Shown: positions 10,669-19,010 of the stretch, in pieces
Layout: every line of letters starts with the position of its first letter
Position numbering within the stretch: position 1 is the stretch's first letter
Assembly: GCA_046582595.1 (NCBI GenBank)
Contig: JAYGEB010000256.1
Span: 1 to 41,048 of the forward strand
DNA from: Alphaproteobacteria bacterium
GTDB lineage: Bacteria > Pseudomonadota > Alphaproteobacteria > GCA-2731375
Direction: 5' to 3'
Length of the DNA: 41,048 nt
The notes under the pieces: generated by a model
Database searches by the model: none
The model's input: the letters and a program-made list of their open reading frames with translations, nothing else
Told to the model about the DNA's origin: nothing
Made by a program: the position numbers and the translations under genes

Positions 10669-11358
10669 ATGAACAAGGTCGAAGGGTTGCATCATCTGGC
10701 CATCGGCACGGGGGACATCAAGATCCAGATCGCCTATTTTACGGACGTTTTGGGCATGGAACTGGTGGCGCTGTATTGGATGCACGGCGTGGAGAATACC
10801 TTTCATGGTTTCCTGCGCCTGAATGATGAAAGTTCCCTGGCGTTCGTACAATCTCCCGATTTCGCCCAGGTGCCGACGACCATCGGCGAAACCCATGCGG
10901 GCAGTCCCGGCGGCCTTTGCGCGCCGGGGAGCATGCAGCATCTGGCCCTGAAAGTGCAAGATGAAGCGGAACTGCTGGCCATGCAGGACCGCATCCGATC
11001 ACGCGGCGTGCCGGTGCTAGGGCCCATCGATCACGGATTTTGCAAATCGATCTATTTCGCCGGCCCGGAAAACCTGACCCTGGAGCTGTCCTATTCCACC
11101 GAAGCCATCAACGGCGATGCCTGGATCGATCCGGAGGTCGTGGCGCTTGCCGGCATTACGGCGGAAGAACTTGCCACCTATCGAAACCCGGCCCGTCATG
11201 AAGCCGAAGTGCCGCCAAGGGCGCAGCCCGAATTATCCGGGCCCGGCCCGCACATGCAGGGTTACGATGCCGCCGCCTACGAACGTCTGATGTCAATGCC
11301 GGACGATGCCGTATTGCAAAAACGCAGCGTTACCGAGCCGCCCGTCGCGGTCGTTTAG
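10669..11358 (+). CDS. VOC (glyoxalase/bleomycin-resistance/dioxygenase) family protein
   Basis: The [26 protein letters not shown] ... MQHLALKV ... [16 protein letters not shown] pattern is typical of a VOC beta-alpha-beta-beta-beta module. ATG 10669 is preferred over TTG 10645. Confidence 0.8.
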   Translation: MNKVEGLHHLAIGTGDIKIQIAYFTDVLGMELVALYWMHGVENTFHGFLRLNDESSLAFVQSPDFAQVPTTIGETHAGSPGGLCAPGSMQHLALKVQDEAELLAMQDRIRSRGVPVLGPIDHGFCKSIYFAGPENLTLELSYSTEAINGDAWIDPEVVALAGITAEELATYRNPARHEAEVPPRAQPELSGPGPHMQGYDAAAYERLMSMPDDAVLQKRSVTEPPVAVV

Positions 11359-11461
11359 AGCAATTTTCAATTAATTGGGGTCGCTATCGCGACCCAAGAG
11401 ATTGGTTCAATTGCTCTTTTCTTAAGAGTCCGGGCATGTTTAAGAAAACATGCGCTAAGCC
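11356..11461. repeat. structured palindromic intergenic repeat, copy A (two hairpin modules)
   Basis: Termini AGAGCAATT (11357) / AATTGCTCT (to 11417). Inner hairpin GGGTCGC-TATC-GCGACCC (11378-11395), linker TTTCTTAAGAG, second hairpin GCATGTTT-AAGA-AAACATGC (11434-11453), tail GCTAAGCC. Collinear with copy B at 29875. Confidence 0.8.
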
Positions 11462-11504
11462 GGGCTTGCAATTTGGGAACCAAGACCCGATCCTCGCGCG
11501 CAGC

Positions 11505-14036
11505 ATGACCGCGCAGGGCAGACATTCGGGCGGCCGGGTTACGGCTGTTCTGGGACCGACCAACACCGGCAAGACCCACTTGGCGGTGGAACGGATGCTG
11601 GGGCACCGTACTGGCATTATCGGGCTGCCCCTGCGTTTGCTGGCGCGCGAGATATATGACCGCGTGGTGGCGCAAAAGGGCGCGGGCGCCGTCGCCCTGG
11701 TCACGGGCGAAGAGAAAATCGTGCCCAGCCGGCCCAGCTATTTTGTCTGCACGGTGGAGGCCATGCCGCTGACCTGGCGGGCGGATTTTCTGGCCGTGGA
11801 TGAAATTCAACTCTGCGCCGATGCCGAGCGCGGCCATGTTTTCACCGACCGGCTGCTGCATGCCAGGGGCGAGCAGGAAACCATGTTCCTGGGCGCCGCC
11901 ACCATGAAACCGATCATCCGCCGGCTGCTGCCCGACGCCGAATTCATCGAGCGGCCCCGGTTCTCCACCTTGAGCTATGCCGGCGAGAAGAAGCTTTCGC
12001 GCCTGCCCCGGCGCAGCGCCATCATCGCCTTTTCGGCCAAGGATGTTTATGCCCTGGCCGAGTTGGTGCGCCGCCAGCGCGGCGGGGCGGCGGTGATCAT
12101 GGGCGCCTTGAGCCCGCGCACGCGCAATGCCCAGGCCGCCCTGTATCAGGCAGGCGAAGTGGATTACCTGATCGCCACGGACGCCATCGGGATGGGCCTG
12201 AACATGGACGTGGACCATGTGGCCTTCGCCGAACTGCGCAAGTTCGACGGCGTCGGCCACCGGGATCTGTATCCCAGCGAACTGGCGCAGATCGCCGGCC
12301 GCGCCGGGCGCCATATGAACGATGGCACCTTCGGCGCCACCGCCGGGGCCGGGCCGATTGGCCCGGAAATGGTGGAGTTGGTGGAAAACCACCGCTTCGC
12401 CAAGATCCGGCGGCTGCACTGGCGCAATACGGATTTGAACTTCAATTCGGCGCCGGCGCTGTTGGCCAGTTTGCGCCAGGCGGCCCCGCGCGAGGATTTG
12501 AGTTTGATGCGCGATGCCGACGACAGCCTGGCCCTGCAAACCCTGCTGGCCGACGCCGTGATCCGGGACGCGGCGCGGGGCCCGGCAACGGTGCGTCAGC
12601 TCTGGGATGTTTGCCGCATTCCCGATTTCGCCAAGACCATGCCCGAGGCCCACCATCGGCTGCTGAACCGGGTTTTCCGCTTCCTGGCCAAGGCCGACGG
12701 CAAGATTCCCGCCGACTGGATCGACCGCCACATGCGCCGCCTGGACCGTACCGATGGCGATATCGACACCCTGGCCGGGCGCATCGCCCATGTGCGCACC
12801 TGGACCTATATCTCGCATCAGGCGGAATGGCTGGACGACCCCCGGCATTGGCAGGAACGCACGCGGGGGGTGGAAGACGCGCTGTCGGACGCCTTGCATG
12901 CGGCCCTGACCCAGCGCTTTGTCGACCGCCGCACGGCGGCGCTGTACCGGGGCCTGGATGAGCGCCGGGATTTGTTGGCCGCGGTGACCGCCGAGGGCGA
13001 GGTTCTGGTGGAGGGGCATTACGTGGGCCGCCTGACCGGACTGAAATATGTACCCGACGCCGCCGCCGATCTGGCCGAGGGCCGGGCGCTGCGGACGGCC
13101 GCGAACCGGGTTTTGGCCCGCGAAATCTCCCGGCGCGCCGTCAAACTGGCCGGCGCGGAGCGGGACGCGGTCACCTGGCCGGACGACGATAGCCTGTGGT
13201 GGGAGGGGGCGCCGGTGGCGCATCTGAGCCAGGGCGCGCAGGCGCTGGAACCAAGGGTGGCGCTGTTACCGTTCGATCATTTGGATGGCCCCCTGCGGGA
13301 ACGGGCCCGCCACCGCCTGCAAACCTGGCTGCGGGCCCATATCAGGGCCCGTCTGTCGCCTTTGATACGGCTGGAAGAGGCACGGTTCGAGGGCGCGGCG
13401 CGCGGCCTGGCCTTCCAACTGGTGGAGGGGCTGGGCATCGTGCCGCGGGAACAGGTGGCCGAAATGGTGGCCGAATTGAGCCGGGAGGACCGCGCCAAGC
13501 TGCATCGCCTGGGCGTGCGCCTCGGCTATCGGGATGTCTTTTTGCCCGGCCTGTTGCGCCCGGCCCGCCTCTCGGTCCGGGCCCGTCTATGGCGTCTGGC
13601 TCATCCCCAGAGCGCCCATCCGGCAACGCCCGATGCGGGCCGGGTTGCCATTACCCTCGCGGGCGCCTTGCCGGGAGCGGCGGCGGCGAACGACTATCTT
13701 GCGGCATCCGGTTACCGCCCCGTTGGCGATGTGGCGGTCCGCGCCGACATCCTTGACCGGCTGGCGCAATTGGCGCACGCCGCTCACAAGGAGGGCCCGT
13801 TTGAAGCCAGCCACGAAATGCTGTCCCTGTTGGGCCGGGGGCGGGCTAGGTTGGACGCTGTCCTGCGCGATCTCGGCTATGGCGGTGACGGTGAAATCGA
13901 AACCCGGCGCTACCACTTCCGCCACCGCCGGCATAATCCCATGGCGCGGGGGAACAGACGAAAGAACGAAGCAAAAATAGCCAATCCCACAGCTTCGGCG
14001 TTCGCCGGCCTGCGGCATCTGCTACGGCGCGATTAG
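11505..14036 (+). CDS. SUV3-like ATP-dependent RNA helicase (alphaproteobacterial helicase-related protein)
   Basis: Walker A LGPTNTGKTH, DEIQ (DExH-like) box, IATDAIGMGLN and QIAGRAGR motifs. The alternative ATG 11436 lies inside the stem of repeat copy A, so 11505 (MTAQGRHSGGRVTAVLGPTNTGKT) is preferred. Confidence 0.85.
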   Translation: MTAQGRHSGGRVTAVLGPTNTGKTHLAVERMLGHRTGIIGLPLRLLAREIYDRVVAQKGAGAVALVTGEEKIVPSRPSYFVCTVEAMPLTWRADFLAVDEIQLCADAERGHVFTDRLLHARGEQETMFLGAATMKPIIRRLLPDAEFIERPRFSTLSYAGEKKLSRLPRRSAIIAFSAKDVYALAELVRRQRGGAAVIMGALSPRTRNAQAALYQAGEVDYLIATDAIGMGLNMDVDHVAFAELRKFDGVGHRDLYPSELAQIAGRAGRHMNDGTFGATAGAGPIGPEMVELVENHRFAKIRRLHWRNTDLNFNSAPALLASLRQAAPREDLSLMRDADDSLALQTLLADAVIRDAARGPATVRQLWDVCRIPDFAKTMPEAHHRLLNRVFRFLAKADGKIPADWIDRHMRRLDRTDGDIDTLAGRIAHVRTWTYISHQAEWLDDPRHWQERTRGVEDALSDALHAALTQRFVDRRTAALYRGLDERRDLLAAVTAEGEVLVEGHYVGRLTGLKYVPDAAADLAEGRALRTAANRVLAREISRRAVKLAGAERDAVTWPDDDSLWWEGAPVAHLSQGAQALEPRVALLPFDHLDGPLRERARHRLQTWLRAHIRARLSPLIRLEEARFEGAARGLAFQLVEGLGIVPREQVAEMVAELSREDRAKLHRLGVRLGYRDVFLPGLLRPARLSVRARLWRLAHPQSAHPATPDAGRVAITLAGALPGAAAANDYLAASGYRPVGDVAVRADILDRLAQLAHAAHKEGPFEASHEMLSLLGRGRARLDAVLRDLGYGGDGEIETRRYHFRHRRHNPMARGNRRKNEAKIANPTASAFAGLRHLLRRD

Positions 14037-14052
14037 AGAGCGGCGAAGAGCA

Positions 14053-14427
14053 ATGGCCGGCCCGCAGCGTTTGGACAAATGGCTCTGGTTCGCCCGCTTT
14101 TTCAAAAGCCGCACCTTGGCGGGCAAGGCCTGCAATGCCGCAAAGGTGCGGATCAACGGCCAGATCGCCGCCAAGGCCGCCGCCACCGTCATGGTCGATG
14201 ACGTCCTGACCTTTCCCCGCGGCCACCATATCCGCGTCATCAAGATACTGGCCCTTGGCCAACGCCGCGGCCCGGCGCCCGAGGCACGGGCCCTGTACGA
14301 AGATCTCGCCCCGCCCGAAGCCGGCCGCAAGGCCGGCGGCGAGGCGGGCGCCGGCCGCCGCGAGGCGGGCGCCGGCCGGCCGACAAAGCGCGAGCGCCGC
14401 GCCGTCGACCGGCTGTTGGATCGATAA
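14053..14427 (+). CDS. hslR: RNA-binding S4 domain protein (Hsp15-like)
   Basis: QRLDKWLWFARFFKSRTLAGKACNAAKVRINGQ is the S4/Hsp15 signature. Arg-rich tail contains an in-frame 21-bp tandem duplication (14341-14382). Confidence 0.85.
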   Translation: MAGPQRLDKWLWFARFFKSRTLAGKACNAAKVRINGQIAAKAAATVMVDDVLTFPRGHHIRVIKILALGQRRGPAPEARALYEDLAPPEAGRKAGGEAGAGRREAGAGRPTKRERRAVDRLLDR

Positions 14428-14592
14428 AGCGTTTTCGCGATTGAATGAATCGGGACTGGCTCATTTCGCTCGCGCTTGTGCGCAAGAGCGCACCGCTCCG
14501 CGTGGGCGGCGCATAAGCGCCGGGCCGCCGTCGCGGCCTTGATCGACCATTTCAATCTCGAAAATGGTCTAGCGGCCGTGTAAATCGCGGCG

Positions 14593-15141
14593 TCAGGGTA
14601 CGCGCAGAGCGTAAACGGTGCGGCCCATATTGGCGATAAGCGCGGGCATGACCGCATTGACCATGGCCAGGTCCCCGGCATCGCTGGCGCGCAGATCGAT
14701 GCGCGCCTGCCAGACAAGGTTCCGGTCCTTGTCGGAAATGGATATGCTCAGGCGCCGGCCCCGGCGCGGACGGTTGGTTTTATCCCCCGTCGCCTTCCAG
14801 CGCATTTTCAATTGCACATCGCCGGAGCTGCTGCTGCCTTCGCTGCCCCTTAATTCAAGGCTCGAACCGCCTCTGCCGGCGGGGCTGGCGCCGGAGAGCA
14901 GGAAACTCAGGCTGTATTCCAATCCGCCCGCCGTCAGGTAGCCCGCCCGCTCCAGCGCATCGCGGAAGCTGTCGGCGATGGCTTGGGTTTCTGGGCCGCC
15001 CGAAAGGGTCCGTACCGCAATGACGGCGCCACTGGGCGGCGGACCATCGCCGGAAGCCTCCATGGTGCCCGTCAACTTGGCCGCCGATTGGGCCACGGCG
15101 CCCGGCGCCGCAAGCGCTGTTAGGGCCAATATCAACGCCAC
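14593..15141 (-). CDS. hypothetical secreted protein
   Basis: GTG 15141 gives MALILALTALAAPGAVAQS..., which is h-region plus AxA only. No family recognised. The N-terminus may be longer; see finding for 14593-15193. Confidence 0.55.
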   Translation of the reverse strand: MALILALTALAAPGAVAQSAAKLTGTMEASGDGPPPSGAVIAVRTLSGGPETQAIADSFRDALERAGYLTAGGLEYSLSFLLSGASPAGRGGSSLELRGSEGSSSSGDVQLKMRWKATGDKTNRPRRGRRLSISISDKDRNLVWQARIDLRASDAGDLAMVNAVMPALIANMGRTVYALRVP

Positions 15142-15298
15142 CGGGATACAGCCGGCGCCGCGCGTGGATGAATATCTGCTGTAAATGCATCATCTTGAAA
15201 TGGTAGACCGCACCGGCCCCGGAGGCAAAGAATTTAGACGATGGGCAAGCCGATTCCTTCCTGGTTGATAGCGCATGGACCCCGTGGTAGGCAGCGCC

Positions 15299-15778
15299 AT
15301 GATAAATCGAATCAAAACATTGTTCGCCGGCACGCCGGCCATGGGCGGGACCGGAGACGAGGCCGGCGGGCATTCCCACGATGAGTTGCAATTGGCCGCC
15401 GCCGCCCTGCTAATCGAGGCGGCAACCCTGGACGGCCATTACGGCGAGGCCGAGCAGGCGGCGATTGACGGGCTGTTGCGGCGAAAATTCAATTTGAACG
15501 ATGACGAGGCGGAAAGCCTGCATGACCTGGCCGTGGCCGAACAATCAGCGGCCAACCAATTGCTGGGTTTTACCCGCGTGATCAAGGACCGTTACACGCA
15601 CGAGGAACGGATTGAATTGATTGAAATGGCCTGGGAAGTCGCCTATGCGGACGGCCAATTGCATGCCTATGAAGCAAACTTGTTGCGTCGCCTGGGCGGC
15701 TTGCTTTATGTCTCGGACCGTGAACGGGGCGAGGCCCGGAAACGGGTTTTGGCGCGGCTTCGGTCGAGCGGTCCATAG
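15299..15778 (+). CDS. TerB-family (tellurite-resistance TerB-like) protein
   Basis: Helical bundle with LAAAALLIEAATLDGHYGEAEQAAI and ELIEMAWEVAYADGQLHAYEANLLRRL, typical of the TerB fold. ATG 15299 (MINRIKTLF) or in-frame ATG 15275. Confidence 0.78.
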   Translation: MINRIKTLFAGTPAMGGTGDEAGGHSHDELQLAAAALLIEAATLDGHYGEAEQAAIDGLLRRKFNLNDDEAESLHDLAVAEQSAANQLLGFTRVIKDRYTHEERIELIEMAWEVAYADGQLHAYEANLLRRLGGLLYVSDRERGEARKRVLARLRSSGP

Positions 15779-15861
15779 GTTTGTAATAACGTTTGGGCGG
15801 CACTGCCCGGTCTCGGGACTGCAACCCGCGGGACGACTATTGATTGTTGGGAGAACTAGGA

Positions 15862-16200
15862 ATGACGTACGTCGTCGTTGATGCCTGTATCAAGTGCAAG
15901 TACATGGACTGCATTGAAGTCTGTCCCGTGGATTGCTTCTATGAAGGCGAAAACATGTTGGTTATCCACCCGGACGAATGCATCGATTGCGGCGTCTGCG
16001 AGCCGGAATGCCCGGTCGAGGCCATTCTGCCCGACACCGAGGATGACACGGAAAAATGGGTCGAGATGAATAGGGAATATTCGGAAAAATGGCCCAATAT
16101 TGTCCAAAAGGGCGATGCGCCCGGCGATGGCGACGATTTTAAGGACGAAACCGGCAAATTCGATAAATACTTCAGCGCGGAACCTGGCAAGGGTTCCTGA
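15862..16200 (+). CDS. fdxA: 7Fe ferredoxin FdxA
   Basis: [29 protein letters not shown]...[16 protein letters not shown] carries the [3Fe-4S][4Fe-4S] cysteine patterns. GGGAGAA Shine-Dalgarno before ATG 15862. Confidence 0.93.
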   Translation: MTYVVVDACIKCKYMDCIEVCPVDCFYEGENMLVIHPDECIDCGVCEPECPVEAILPDTEDDTEKWVEMNREYSEKWPNIVQKGDAPGDGDDFKDETGKFDKYFSAEPGKGS

Positions 16201-16587
16201 TCCGGCCTCTCCGGTCCCCAACGGTCCGAAATACTCCGGTACTTGCAGGCGCGGTCGGCGGTCCGCATGACGGCTTGGTGGCGCCGCGTCCCGGTTCCAT
16301 CCCGCCGGCGCGCGGGCTTCAATTTGGGTGAAAATTGTGATATGCTACCGCTACAATGAGACCGCCGGGTTGGCATGCCGTTTCGTCAATGTCGCGAAGC
16401 CCTGTTTTGCTGGGGTGATAAGGCGAAGGTACGGAAAAAACTAAGACGATTGTGTTGGAATTTCCGGATTGTGGCCGATGGCCGAAGCCGGCCGGCAAGC
16501 TTGTTGGCGTCACCGGAGACATGGGATCGCCGGTAACATTGAGACTTAGATAGTAAACGCAATCGAACAGTGGAACGAGACCGCAGC

Positions 16588-17127
16588 ATGGCGACCAAGA
16601 CAAAGAAGAAGACGGCTAAAAAGGTAAAGCGTACCAATGGCTTCGCCATCGGCGATTTCGTGGTCTATCCAACCCATGGCGTGGGCCGGATCACCGCGAT
16701 CGAGGAACAGGAAATTGTCGGCATGAAGCTGAAGCTGTTCATCGTCGATTTCGAAAAAGAGAAGATGACGCTGCGTGTTCCCATCAACAAGGCCGCGGCG
16801 ACCGGTATGCGGGCCCTGGCCAGCCCGGAAAAAATGAAGACCGCCATGACCACGCTCAAGGGGCGGGCCCGGGTAAAGCGCACGATGTGGAGCCGCAGGG
16901 CCCAGGAATACGAGGCCAAGATCAATTCCGGCGATCCCGTGTCGATTGCCGAAGTCATCCGCGATCTGCATCGCGGCGAAGGCCAGCCGGAACAATCCTA
17001 TAGTGAGCGGCAGATTTACGAAGCCGCCATGGAACGTTTGATGCGTGAACTGGCCGCCGTCGAAAACCTGGATGAAGAACAGGCGACGGAACGCCTCGAT
17101 ACCACCCTGAACCCACCCGCGCCGTGA
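16588..17127 (+). CDS. carD: CarD/CdnL family transcriptional regulator
   Basis: FAIGDFVVYPTHGVGRITAIEEQEIVGMKLKLFIVDF matches the CarD_CdnL_TRCF RNAP-interacting domain. Lys-rich N-terminus; ATG 16588. Confidence 0.9.
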   Translation: MATKTKKKTAKKVKRTNGFAIGDFVVYPTHGVGRITAIEEQEIVGMKLKLFIVDFEKEKMTLRVPINKAAATGMRALASPEKMKTAMTTLKGRARVKRTMWSRRAQEYEAKINSGDPVSIAEVIRDLHRGEGQPEQSYSERQIYEAAMERLMRELAAVENLDEEQATERLDTTLNPPAP

Positions 17128-17208
17128 TCTCTCACAAGGCTGTCCTTTCGAACGCGGGCCGATTCGTTCACTGTAGCGGCAACAAATCAACGCCGGGAGG
17201 AAAAGAGA

Positions 17209-17958
17209 ATGCGGGAATTCGAAACCGAGATCAAAACCGATGACGGAGTCATGGACGTGTTCGTCTGTCATCCGGAGCAGGATGGGCCGCATCCGGCGGT
17301 CATCCTGTACATGGACGCGCCGGGGATCCGTGAGGAATTGCGCGATATGGCGCGGCGCATTGGAACCGTCGGATATACGGTGCTGCTGCCGAATATGTAC
17401 TATCGCACGGGACGGGAGGGCCATTATGGCTATGATCTCTCCCGCATTCGGGACGACGACGGCGAGCGGGCCCGGATGTTCGAAGTGATGAATTCCCTGA
17501 CCAATGCGCGAGTGGTCGATGACACCAAGGGCCTGTTGGCCTTCATCGATCAATGCGACGCGGCCGCCGCCGGCCCCGTCGGCTGCGTGGGCTACTGCAT
17601 GAGCGGACAGTTCGTGATCTCCGTGGGCGCGGCCTATCCCGACCATTTCAATGCCATCGCCTCATATCACGGGGTAAAAATTATCACCGATCAAGCGGAT
17701 TCGCCTCATCTCGTGGCCAACAGGATCAAGGGCGAAGTCTATCTCGGCTTCGCCTCCGATGATCCCCACGTGCCCGAAGAGGAACTGGCGGCCATGCCCG
17801 GCGCCATGCGGGCGGCCGGCATCGAACACAGTATTGAAATTTATCCAGATACCGAACACGGCTATGTCTTTCCCCAGCGCCCGGTCTACAAAAAGGCCGC
17901 CGCGGAACGCCATTGGGAAACCATGCTGGCGCTGTTCGACCGCAGATTGCGAGCCTAG
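17209..17958 (+). CDS. dienelactone hydrolase family protein
   Basis: 249 aa. PAVILYMDAPGIREELRDMARRI, nucleophile elbow GYCMSG and C-terminal YPDTEHGY are typical of the DLH alpha/beta hydrolase fold. Strong GGGAGGAAAAG Shine-Dalgarno. Confidence 0.85.
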   Translation: MREFETEIKTDDGVMDVFVCHPEQDGPHPAVILYMDAPGIREELRDMARRIGTVGYTVLLPNMYYRTGREGHYGYDLSRIRDDDGERARMFEVMNSLTNARVVDDTKGLLAFIDQCDAAAAGPVGCVGYCMSGQFVISVGAAYPDHFNAIASYHGVKIITDQADSPHLVANRIKGEVYLGFASDDPHVPEEELAAMPGAMRAAGIEHSIEIYPDTEHGYVFPQRPVYKKAAAERHWETMLALFDRRLRA

Positions 17959-17995
17959 GGCCTTTCAAGACTGCTCCAAGCCGTCCGCGCCACCG

Positions 17996-19000
17996 TCAAC
18001 GAGGTTTGGGGTAAGGCCGGCGGACGGTTTCTTCGTCGAAGGCGCCGGTGGCGGGCAGGAATTTGACCATGCGCGACCCTGTCTCGCCAAAGCGGTTCTT
18101 GCGCAGATTGATGGAAACGGACCGGCTTTTCGACACCAAATCTTCCGGGTCCGTATAACCGCCCTGGTTGACCGGCCGTTCCACGTTGATCAGGAATGAA
18201 ATACTGTCGGCGGAATATTCCAGATCCGAGGTTCCTTCTAGGCTTTGCAGTATTGCCTCGCCCTGGTGCCTGCGGTTTTGTGACGAAATGGCCAGGACGG
18301 GGCTGTCCAGGCTTAACGCCAGGCGCCGCATGCCCGCCAGCAGTTTGGCGATTTCGTGTCGGAATTCGGTAAACCGCCGGCTACCGGCCGCCCAAACCTG
18401 CAAATAATCGACAATCACCAAAATCCGCTCCCGCCCGCTGTCCGCGACCAATTGGCGGGCCGTTTCCTCGGCCTCTTCGCAGGCCAGTTCAGGATCGGCC
18501 TCGATCACGGTGATGCGGGAGAATACTTCCGCCTGGGCCGCCATCGCGGCCTGCAGCACCTTCTGGTCCACGGCGCCGTCCATCACCTCGCGGCAATTTA
18601 AATTCGACTGTTGACACAGCAACCGCATGACCAGGAATTCCGTCGGCATATCGAAACTTAAATACAAAACCGGATAATCGGCTTGCGCCGCCTTGGCGGC
18701 GTTGTGCAGGGCAAAGGCGGTCTTGCCGCTGCCCGGTTCGCCGGCCAGCAAATGCAGGCCGGCGCGCCAGCCGCCCAAGCTGTTGTTGAAAAATTCAAAA
18801 GCCGAGGGAATGATATCGTGCTGCACGGCCTGGCTGCCGAATTTGCCGTGCAGGATCGGCAGGTAATCCCCGGCGGTCGCGGCCGCCTGCTCCGCCCTTG
18901 GGCCGCCGCTCTTTGAAACCCGGGGCGGCGAGGGCGCCGCTTGGGCAAAGTCGGCGGCCGCGCCCTTGTCCTCTGGTTGGGGCTTTACGGGCTCGTTCAT
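17996..19000 (-). CDS. DnaB C-terminal-domain-only (RecA-fold) ATPase, N-terminally disordered
   Basis: Walker A GEPGSGKTAFA and Walker B ILVIVDYLQ. ISSQNRR resembles DnaB SQLSR, DLEYSADSISFL resembles IEQDADVV, and LRKNRFGETG resembles AKQRNGPTG. There is no DnaB N-terminal domain; the first ~70 aa are Pro/Ala-rich. ATG 19000 lies 10 nt after the tldD stop. Confidence 0.75.
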   Translation of the reverse strand: MNEPVKPQPEDKGAAADFAQAAPSPPRVSKSGGPRAEQAAATAGDYLPILHGKFGSQAVQHDIIPSAFEFFNNSLGGWRAGLHLLAGEPGSGKTAFALHNAAKAAQADYPVLYLSFDMPTEFLVMRLLCQQSNLNCREVMDGAVDQKVLQAAMAAQAEVFSRITVIEADPELACEEAEETARQLVADSGRERILVIVDYLQVWAAGSRRFTEFRHEIAKLLAGMRRLALSLDSPVLAISSQNRRHQGEAILQSLEGTSDLEYSADSISFLINVERPVNQGGYTDPEDLVSKSRSVSINLRKNRFGETGSRMVKFLPATGAFDEETVRRPYPKPR

Positions 19001-19010
19001 GGATTTGCCG

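Noticed and set aside
10498-10959. N-terminal extension of the mutase ORF (track start 10959)
   Set aside because: The conserved mutase sequence begins at [15 protein letters not shown] (ATG 10497/10488). The extension has no similarity to mutases and overlaps the divergent VOC gene.
11436-11504. ATG 11436 as the helicase start
   Set aside because: This ATG is part of the stem of the second hairpin (11434-11453) of repeat copy A, so the 23 extra codons are repeat-derived. ATG 11505 sits 11 residues before the Walker A region. Neither candidate has a clear Shine-Dalgarno, so some uncertainty remains.
11367-13223. 618-aa ORF on the minus strand opposite the helicase gene
   Set aside because: It is Arg/Gly/Pro/Ala-rich and low in complexity, with no recognisable motif. 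It exactly mirrors a well-supported plus-strand gene, the typical antisense ORF artefact of high-GC coding DNA.
14545-14569. Hairpin GACCATTT-N9-AAATGGTC followed by TAG, as a fifth member of the repeat family
   Set aside because: It shares only a loose TTTCAA...GAAAATGG-TCTA resemblance and lacks the AGAGCA/TGCTCT termini and the second module. It is mentioned as context only.
14022-14717. 231-aa minus-strand ORF spanning the S4 gene and the intergenic region
   Set aside because: It overlaps the well-supported S4/Hsp15-like gene on the other strand, and has Arg/Ala/Pro/Ser-rich composition with no domain signature.
16546-17646. 366-aa minus-strand ORF opposite carD and the dienelactone hydrolase gene
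   Set aside because: It spans two convincing plus-strand genes and their intergenic spacer, and has no motifs.
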